Shown here: piece after piece, positions 36,736 to 45,694 of the stretch
Layout of the letters: every line of letters begins with the position of its first letter
Position numbering within the stretch: the first letter of the stretch is position 1
Assembly (NCBI RefSeq): GCF_006345805.1
Contig: NW_021835327.1
Location: 1 to 45,694, forward strand
Length of the DNA stretch: 45,694 bases
Source: Octopus sinensis
Taxonomy: Eukaryota
Direction of reading: 5' to 3'
Translations under genes and position numbers: made by a program
The notes under the pieces: model-generated
What the model was told of the DNA's origin: nothing
Database searches by the model: none
Seen by the model: the letters and a program-made list of their open reading frames with translations, nothing else

Positions 36736-37461
36736 GATTTCGTTTCCCAGTAAGAATGCTATGGCATTGCTTTAATCACTTTGTTTTACCAATGTTATAA
36801 ATAGTGATGATAGGACAGCCGTTGTTTGAAACCGATCGTGCGTCTGTACATGAAATTGAAGACATGGGTAATTCAGTGTTGCCCTCCTCTTCTCGTTACC
36901 AACGCAGAAATTCATTCAGAAAGCAAAGATTTGGAAAGATAGGTATTTCAACTGATCCACTAATAATTCCACAAAGTCCGCAGATTTTTGAAAGATCTTG
37001 AAATAATAATAACAGGTGGAATTGAACTCGATAGGATTTTAATTCAGAGCTCACGAAGCAAATACTCGGGACAAACTACGCACGGCATTCTATCCAAAGC
37101 CCTAGCAACACTGCCATTTCGCTGCCTTTTAAGAAAGCTCTGGATACTTTGATGGACGTTTCAGCGATGGTTGCCTCAGTGGTAGGCAGTGAGGTTAGGA
37201 TCAGCAGTTATGTGAATAGGGACATTCGATAATCGATCCTATTATAGGAGAGTAAATCACAGTTCCCCACTGGAATTCCTTGTCATTCAACAAGAACCCA
37301 GACTACGCAACGGAGAGATCAAATGTTTTAATGTGCTGGTGAAGGTCACGATTTGCTACATCCAGCCAAGATGCATTATGGGCTGCCTTGGTTGATGGCG
37401 TGGCTCTTTTTAATGGCTCTTTTTAACTGACATGTTCGTGAAAATGTCCTCCTTTTCGCAG

Positions 37462-37500
37462 CTGAAGAAGGTTCAATCTTTGCTAGAAAGAGAGGTCAAA
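37462..37500 (+). CDS. Candidate 39-nt exon (LKKVQSLLEREVK or EEGSIFARKRGQ), product unknown
   Basis: Acceptor gtcctccttttcgcag|, donor aaa|gtaaga, length a multiple of 3, two open frames. Could be chance. Confidence 0.2.
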
Positions 37501-37737
37501 GTAAGAATACAAATACAACAGCGTTTATCGGTTAATTTCTTCATAATTGTAAACATATGTTCCTTTCTAACGGACCTGAACACTAATTTTTAGCAGTTAC
37601 AAATGTGACATTGAGTGAAAAGAAAGATCACAAGTTTCTGGTCGTCTTAAAGCAAATTTTAGAGAACAAGTTTAGGATTCCTAGAAGGCTTGTTAATGAA
37701 GTGAGTTCTTAAAGAATTTTTGTCGAAAAGAGGAAGA

Positions 37738-38130
37738 GGAGGAGTGGCTGTGTGGTAAGTAGCTTGCTTACCAACCACATGGTTCCGGGATCAGTCCCAC
37801 TGTGTGGCATCTTGGGCAAGTGTCTTCTACTATAGCTTCGGGCCGACCAAAACCTTGTGAGTGGATTTGGTAGACGGAAACTGGAAGAAGCCCGTCGTAT
37901 ATGTATGAATGTATATGTGTGCATATGTTTGTGTGTCTGTTTGTCCCCTCAACATCGCTTGACAACCGACGTTTGGTGTATTTTCGTACCCCGTAACTTA
38001 GCGGTTCGGTAAAAGAGACCGATAGAATAAGTACCAGGCTTACAAAGAATAGGTTCTGGGGTCGATTTGCTCGAATAAAGGCGGTGCTCCAGCATGACTG
38101 CAGTCAAATTACTAAAACAAGTAAAAAGAA
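37738..38130 (+). mobile_element. SINE family A, young full-length copy
   Basis: Complete head, CORE-like segment, body and tail colinear with 9803-10230. Confidence 0.93.
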
Positions 38131-39324
38131 GAAATAAAGAAAGGAGTTAACAGAAATATATTATCTTTTAATTCTTTCTTTTTGAGATAAACCAGTAGTT
38201 ACAACCTGGAATTTAGTGTCTGGTGAGGCTGCAGGCAAGAATTGTGATATGAGATTTAATGGCTACGGTTGGTCGTTGGATTAGTAACTGGAATCTGATT
38301 CCGTACAAAACTGTAGCTACGATGATGCCATAAAAGAAGTACTATAACAGCATGGCAGTTATTTACACAAGCACATACACATGAGCTCTTTCAAATGGCT
38401 CTAAGGAAGCTGTAAGGTGTCGCTTGAGCACTCAGCTCTAGGTGCACGCTTACTTTTGCAGAAACGGATGTAAGCTAATGAAAGTCTTTTTGTTTGATCT
38501 TGTTCTATGGTAATTCATTAAATGATATGTAAATGTGTATGTGTATGTATGTATGTATATGTTATATATATATGGATACATATGAAACATATATATGTAA
38601 GTGTATGTGTGTGAGCGTGAGTATGTGCGCGCGCGCGTTTGAATATATGTATACTAATCGCTATATTAATCACGCAACCATTCCTTGTCATGGCTGGGTG
38701 ATAAGGACGTTCGCTTCAAAGCCACGTGGTTTGGAGTTCAATACCCACTGTATACACCTTAAGCAATATGCATCGTGACTCAGGCTTGAAGGTCATCCCC
38801 AGTCATTAGCAAGCAAAACAAATCTTCATCTTTAAAGGGACTGAGTCTAAGAATTCGTCAAAAAAAATCCAGATATGCCGTTTTCCATTGATTCCATTCA
38901 TATGGTGCTCTGAAAAAGTGGTTGATTGAAGAAAATTTTCCGTTCTAACTGATGCAACGAGAAATAAGTGTTTTATCAGATTTGATCAATTTCAACTCTG
39001 CGTAGGACATAGTCATGAAAAAAAAAGAAAAAGAACGCTCGTCTCTTGTGGAAGGAGGTAATAATTCTATACAGCACAGTAATGCAAATTAGGAAATCCG
39101 GCTTAGATGAGTCATTTGTTTGTCAAAACAAAATAATATAACCAACAATTTGTTCGTGGTCAGAAAATGGATAATCTTTCTACGTTGATGCTTTAGATTA
39201 ACTAAAATCTAACCCGTTCGATGCCATATTTTCTGCCTATAAGACATTTGGTGTAAACACATCCATAGTACATGATGTATCTTACGTTTTAAGTTTTCCT
39301 CAAAATGCAGTGTGGTAGACTATG

Positions 39325-39363
<39 letters not shown>

Positions 39364-39387
39364 CGTGCGTGTGTACATACATATTTA

Positions 39388-39675
39388 ACTGGTACTCCAT
39401 CGATTACGACATCGAGGTTACTCTCTGATCCGATCAGTGGAAGAGCTTGCTCGTGAAATTAACGTGCAAGTGGCTGAGCACTCCACAGAAACGCGTATAC
39501 TCAACGTAGTTCTCGGGGAGACTCAGCGCTACACACAGAATGTGACAAAGCTGGCCTTTCAAAATGGTTAGCTCAGTGGACCGGAGCAACATGAAATAAA
39601 ATGACATGGTCAGTGACAACGCACCACTTAAGAATCGAACTCAGGATCGTGAGCCGATCACCAGGCCACGCACCT
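39388..39675 (-). mobile_element. SINE family C
   Basis: B-box on the minus strand (gagttcgattc); body colinear with 2371-2672 and 12084-12220. Confidence 0.85.
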
Positions 39676-40399
39676 TCACACAAACACACACACACACATG
39701 TACGTATATATATATATATATGCGCGCCTGTGTGTTTGTGTTTGTGTTTATACAAACACACAAATATATATAAGTATATATATTAAGTATATATATATAT
39801 ATATACATACATATATGTATACATGCAAACACAGGCACATACATACATACATACATACATACAAGGCGAAGCTAGCAATGAGTTCATTAAGTGTGTTATA
39901 TTAGTAAAAGCAAAGCCAAGAGAAGGCATTATAGATTGTTTCTCTCTACCAATATCTTGTAACCATCAAAAGTACATTTCCGACACCAGTTCTTCACTGT
40001 CATTTGTTTTACAAAGCCAACCCACCCACAAAAGAACATCATATGTGTGTATGCATATATATTATATATATAATATATATAATATATATATATATATGCA
40101 TTTGTGTAATTGCGTTCGTGCACATATATCTATATCTATATAAGTTTGAGTGTTCGTATGATTGGAAAGTACCCCATACATTAAGTCGACTAAGTATATT
40201 TGCTTCAAACTGATGGCAGACAACGACGCCACACCAGGTTTCTCGCATTTCTGTGCATCTCTTCGGGAAGTATCATTGTCACTTCAAACGACTCAAGGGG
40301 CGCACAAAAATGAAATGAAAACGGAGGCAAACCTCATTTTTAAATACACGCATCCATACATACATCATACATACATAGATACATATATATTATATATAT

Positions 40400-40470
<71 letters not shown>

Positions 40471-40659
40471 TAGATATATATAAATTTATAAATAAGGATA
40501 ATATCGATATTATCAAGTGGCCAGCATGGGAATAAATACCATACAAAGGTAATACATTTTTACAACTAAAAATAAGGGTGTCTCAGAGACACCACCATGC
40601 CGAAATAGCAGTCAAAATCCTGACTCTAAAATAAGCTAGCAAAAAGATATTACTGGATA

Positions 40660-40718
40660 ATTCAAGATCCTGGATTTCTAGTTTTGCTTCAAATAAGCTC
40701 TGCCTTCATCAGTTGAAT
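40660..40718 (-). ncRNA. Type I hammerhead ribozyme fold with long imperfect stem II (HHR4)
   Basis: RNA AUUCAA CUGAUGA AGGCAGAGCUUAUUUGAAGCAAAACUA GAA AUC CAG GAU C UUGAAU: stem I 6 bp (extendable by CUGG/CCAG), canonical core, stem III AUC/GAU, AUC triplet; only GCUU/AAGC pairs well in stem II. Confidence 0.65.
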
Positions 40719-41401
40719 ATACCAGATGGGCACATAAATACAAATATATATATATATATGCAGAACACACGTTATACTTACATATACGAACGTCGATACA
40801 TACATATATATGCACGTATGTACAAAGCCAGATTCAAATTGCTCACCATTTAAAGCAATATTATGATTTCGGTCACTTTCATGGTTATGTCATGGAAACC
40901 GAGTGACTGACCCTATTTGTTATAGGACACGAGGCATTAAAGATTTGGGGTCGATTATTATGATGATGATGATGACGATGCTAAAGATGATCACGGTTAT
41001 GGTGATGGTCAAACCCACAAATATTCAATAACATATGTATGGGAAAATGGTTGAATGGTTTAAAATGTTTGTTTGTGAGTCACGGGGTTCCGCGGTCGAT
41101 CTCATAGCCCGGTTAACAGATGTTTTATACTATAGATTCCTGTTGGTTCAAATATTGTGAAAAAAAAAATGGGTCCAGAGAAAATGCGAGCGAATCAACC
41201 CGCTTTGTCATGTATACAACCACGCACGCACGTAGGCACGCGCACACGCATATATATGCACTTAAATTTGTACATATATGTATATACATATACATACGTA
41301 CATATATATAAATATGTATATATATATATATATATATTTGCATATACACACGTACATACATATATAAATATATGATATACGTATATATATATATTATCAT
41401 A

Positions 41402-41479
<78 letters not shown>

Positions 41480-41559
41480 ATATATGTATATTGTGTGTAT
41501 ATATGTGTGTGTGTGTTTGTGCATGTATATAGTATCTATATTTGTATGTCTCTCTTTTT

Positions 41560-41885
41560 TTTTTTACTCTTTTACTTGTTTCAACCATTTGACTGCGGTC
41601 ATGCTGGAGCACCGCCTTTAGTCGAGCAAATCAACCCCAGGACTTAGTTACGGGAATGTAAACACACCAGCATCAGTTGTCAAACGATGTTGGAGAGGGG
41701 GGGACAAACATAGACACACAAACATATGCACACACATACATATATACAATGGACTTCTTTCAGTTTCCGTCGACTAAATCCACTCACAAGACTTTGGTCG
41801 GCCCGAGGCTATAGTAGAAGGCAGTTGTCCAAGGTGCCACGCAGTGGGACTGAACCCCGAACCAAGTGGCTGGTAAGCAAGCTAT
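41560..41885 (-). mobile_element. SINE family A with an internal deletion of roughly 55 bp
   Basis: ccccaggactta is joined directly to gttacggg when compared with the 45420-45694 copy. Confidence 0.88.
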
Positions 41886-42140
41886 GTATGGTTCAAATGT
41901 ACAAGAAACAAAAACAAATGACAGAGGGATCAACGTCCAGGTCTATTAGTTTGACGCGCGGCAAAAAACGGTAAAGTCTTTGATGTTTTGACCCTTTGCT
42001 CTTCGACAGAAAGGAATGAATGGAAAAACAATGGAGAGAGAGAAAAAATAATAAATCGGAGAGAGGACAAACAACGCGTCGGCATTAATGGTTCCACATG
42101 TATATATCTCTGTGTGTGTTTTATATATGTATATTGCTGT

Positions 42141-42430
42141 TTGTTTCTTTTCGAGCCCCGCCTGGCTCATAAGGCCTGTTTCCTGGTTTCCTTGGCGTAT
42201 AGGATTCTCCCACCTGGACGGGACGCCGGTCCGTCGCAGGTGAGCTGCAAGATGCAGGAGGAAAGAGTGAGAGAAAGTTGTGGCGAAAGAGTCAGCAGAA
42301 GTTCGCCATCACCTTCTGCCGGGGCCGCGTGGAGCTTAGGTGTTTTCGCTCATAAACACACATATCGTCTGGTCTGAGATTCGAACCCGCAATCCCTCGA
42401 CCGCTCTAACCACTAGGCCATGTGCCTCCA
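42141..42430 (-). mobile_element. SINE family E, full-length
   Basis: Reverse complement colinear with 28003-28315 (tggaggcacatggcctagtggttagag ... gggttcgaatctc ... gagcgaaaacacctaagctccacg). Confidence 0.9.
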
Positions 42431-42716
42431 ATTATAGATATACGCCTAGGCTCAAAACTTGAAGACGTAATGCATTGTTAGGAAATCTAGAGGACTTTGA
42501 CACAAAACGTGTGCTACAACTTCCCATATTTCATTATTTTTCATAATTGAAAAAAAGGTAAAACATATTAAACCAGTTAAGTAACTGTATGTAAATTTTC
42601 TTAAATTGCATTTCACCTTTTTATTCATGTTTGTATGTATGTGTGTATGTGTTTGTGTGTGTGCATGCGTGTGTATACGTGTGCGTGTGCGTGCGTGTGC
42701 TTGAGTGTGTATATGT

Positions 42717-42769
<53 letters not shown>

Positions 42770-42846
42770 TATACCAGAGTAAGCACATACTGTCCGACGA
42801 ACGTGAACGTGACTCTGAGTAACGTTTTCGTGATGTCTTGCAGTTT

Positions 42847-42938
<92 letters not shown>

Positions 42939-43124
42939 CATATATATATATTACCACACACATACACACGTACATATGTAACTATAAATACATACACATT
43001 CACACACGTCACATACACACACACACACATCCATACATATACACACGTTTCGAGAGCAATTTGCTTTCAGCTGGCAGCTGCTTTGACCATGTCCTTCTGT
43101 AAGACACATCAGAACCACTCCGAC

Positions 43125-43205
43125 CATCACCACCACCACCAGCACCACCACCACCACCACCACCAACACCACCACCACCACCACCACCACCACCACCACC
43201 ACCAA
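43125..43205. repeat. (ACC)n tract
   Basis: Directly visible. Confidence 0.95.
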
Positions 43206-43309
43206 CTACAACTACAACAACACTAGGGGTAATCTTTATTTGTTTCTTTTAGTATATATGTATTACGTTGAAGCACATATACATACGTACATGTATATAT
43301 ATAATATAC

Positions 43310-43371
<62 letters not shown>

Positions 43372-43671
43372 ATATATATTTATGTATATGTATATATATA
43401 TATATATATATCATATACATATCTGTGTGTATATATGTGTGTGTGCCTCTGTTTCGTTAGTCGTGTGTATACGTGTTTGCGTTGTGTACCTGAGTGTGTG
43501 TGTGAGAATTTCTCCTCTTCGAAAATGTCCTGTTTACATATTTCCTGCAGTGAAGGGAGCGACTGGTGAATAATGTCGGCCACTGGACAGCAATATGGAC
43601 GGATATAATGGATGGGAGAGACGGACTGGGAGACGGAGAGAGGCCGGGAGATCAGATGATGGAACGGGAGA

Positions 43672-44285
43672 AAGGAAGGAAGGAAGGAAGGAAGGAAGGA
43701 AGGAAGGAAGAAGGAAGGAAGGAAGGAAGGAAGAAAAAGAGGATGGAAGGAAAGAGGGAAGGAAAGAAGGAAGGAAAGAAGGAAGGAAGGAAGGAAGAAT
43801 GGAAGGTTGGAAGGAAGGAAGGAAGGTGGGAAGGAAAGAAGGAAGGAAGGAAGGAAGGAAGAAATAAAGAAGGGAAGAGAGGAAGGAAGGAAAGAAACAT
43901 AGGAAGAAAGAAAGAAAGAAAGAAGGAAGAAAGAAAGAAAAAAGGAAGGAAGGAAGGGAGGAAGGAAGGGAGGAAGGAAGGAAGGGAGGAAGGGAGGGGG
44001 GAAAGAAGGAAGGAAAGAAGGAAAGAAGGAAGGAAGAGCGGAAGAAAGAAAGGAAGGAAGAAATAAAGAAGGGAAGAGAGGAAGGAAGGAAAGAAACACA
44101 GGAAGAAAGAAAGAAAGGAAGAAAGAAAGAAAGAAAAAAAGGAAGGAAGTAAGAAAGGAAGAAACAAAGAAAAGAAAGAAAGAAAGAAAGAAAGGAAGGA
44201 AGGAAGGTCGGTAGGTAGGTAGATTGGTAGGTAGGTAGGTAGGTGAGTTGGTTGATAGGTAGAAGGAAAGAAAGAAAGAAGGTAA
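43672..44285. repeat. About 600-bp purine-rich (GAAG)n/(GAAA)n tract
   Basis: Directly visible; produces the low-complexity 302-, 212- and 166-aa ORFs. Confidence 0.95.
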
Positions 44286-44829
44286 CACACCTAAATTGGT
44301 TAAAGAAACTCTAAGAGGGTAAAAGAAAAAAGAAAGCGGAGTGATGGGGTGGGGACGAAAATGATTTTAAGAGGAATGAAGCAGGAAAGAGAAGAGAAGG
44401 AAAGAGAAGAGAGGGAAAGAGAAGAGAAGGAAATCTTGTAAAGGAAAGGAGAGAGGGGGGAGGGGCAGTTCGGGCAAATGTCTTCTACAATAGTTCCAGA
44501 TCAACCAATTTCTTGTGAATAAATTCGCTAGAAGGAAACTGTATTGAAGCTCTGCTCATCCAATAGAAGATCGCTCCATACGAGTTCTACTTCCTGTCAA
44601 CTACTGGACTCGTGATATTGTTGCACCTGACCAATACAGGGACGGAAAAAGTGGAAATGGCTTTAATACGGACCATGCGATAACGATAAACCATTGCTGC
44701 CCTATTGGGTAATGTATTGGGCGTTTAGAAAATAACGGTAAGGGAGTAAATCCCGATAGAAAATCAGAAAGGTGGGACTCTAAAGTAGATCCCTACGATT
44801 CTAGATAAAGAATAAAGATCCTGTCTGTG

Positions 44830-45055
44830 TCATATAGACTCAGAGCGCTAGTTTCCCCGGTTTCCGTGGCGCACCTGGATTGCCCACCTGGATGGAACGC
44901 CAGTCTGTCACAGGAATACTCACTTTTGCTAGCTGGAATAACGTGAAATGAAGTGATTTGCTCGAGAACAAAACGCGTCGCCCAATCCAGGAAACGAAAC
45001 TACAATCTTACGATCATGAGTCCAACACCGTAACCAATAAGCCGTGAGCCTCCTC
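44830..45055 (-). mobile_element. SINE with a family C-like head and centre and a family E-like 3' part
   Basis: Minus strand: tRNA-like head, cacttcatttcacgttattccagctagcaaaagtgagta (C-like), then gacagactggcgttccatccaggtggg ... gccacggaaaccgggg (E-like). Confidence 0.65.
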
Positions 45056-45281
45056 CATTACGAACGGTTATACTTAACCAATATTAGGTATCTTTTGCAG
45101 CTCCATGAGTGTTGCGAATGCACTGGCATGGTTTTCCTTTGTGGCGTATGCATTAAAGTAGAGGTCATTTGTTGAGGTCTTCTCCACAGATATACTATAG
45201 AACTGATTTTTGTTACGATATTTCGTATCCGAGACGTCCGACGTAAACAAACAATAAGATCAAAGATGAAAATAGGGTAAG

Positions 45282-45329
45282 GGGCACATATGCAATATTT
45301 CGGGATCTTTTGCCCCTTCGTCAGCACCC
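45282..45329 (-). ncRNA. Type I hammerhead ribozyme fold with G at the cleavage position (HHR5)
   Basis: RNA GGGUG CUGACGA A GGGG CAAAAGA UCCC GAA AUAU UGC AUAU G UGCCC: canonical core, stem II 4 bp, stem III 4 bp, stem I 5 bp with two wobbles; N17 is G. Confidence 0.65.
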
Positions 45330-45419
45330 ATCTAACCCCTTAATCATCCACGAACACATTTCTTAAATAGCCACTGAATACAGCAGTGTAACCTTACTGG
45401 ATATACTAATCTATATATT

Positions 45420-45694
45420 CTTTTACTCTTTTACTATTTTACTTGTTTCAGTCATTTGACTGTGGCCATGCTGGAGCACCGCCTTTAGTCGAGCAAATCA
45501 ACCCCAGGACTTATTCTTTGTAAGCCCAGGACTTATTCCATCGGTATCTTTTGTCGAACCACTAAGTTATGGGGACATAAGCACACCAGCATCGGTTGTC
45601 AAGCGATGTTAGGGGGACAAACATAGACACACAAACATATGCACACGCATATATATATACATGTATACGACGGGCTTCTTTCAGTTTCCGTTTA
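45420..45694 (-). mobile_element. SINE family A, young copy running off the window end
   Basis: Close reverse complement of the 3' two-thirds of 37738-38130. Confidence 0.92.

Noticed and set aside
37462-37500. CTGAAGA...GAAA resembling a hammerhead core
   Set aside because: Stems I and III cannot form in register (15.2/16.2 would be G.G; no stem I complement).
43380-44290. Longest ORFs (302, 212 and 166 aa)
   Set aside because: Produced by the (GAAG)n/(GAAA)n tract; low-complexity F/L/P/S or E/G/R/K only.

Overview
AT-rich eukaryotic non-coding DNA saturated with microsatellites and tRNA-derived SINEs. The SINE families look like those of octopus (coleoid cephalopod) genomes; this rests on my recognition of them, not on a search. 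I find no intact, recognisable protein-coding gene. Almost all entries in the ORF track are microsatellite artefacts, and only weak candidate exons remain. The interpretable content is mobile DNA: at least four SINE families, an internally deleted mariner-type transposon, a TA-flanked MITE, a Chapaev3-like transposase relic split by a SINE with a 14-bp target-site duplication, a Helentron-type non-autonomous element, an RLE-type (R4/Dong-like) LINE end inside a (TAA)n array, and an RTE-like LINE end. The most interesting signal, invisible in the ORF track, is five separate type I hammerhead-ribozyme folds (7938-7982 -, 25331-25368 +, 31312-31362 -, 40660-40718 -, 45282-45329 -), each in unrelated flanking sequence. 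Four share an extra A after the CUGANGA core. Two are minimal, palindromic dimer-type motifs of the kind known from Penelope-like elements. One is a complete monomeric fold. One sits downstream of a tRNA B-box and an (AAT)n spacer, suggesting a Pol III SINE carrying a ribozyme. All folds were done by eye and activity is untested. Repeat boundaries are approximate.
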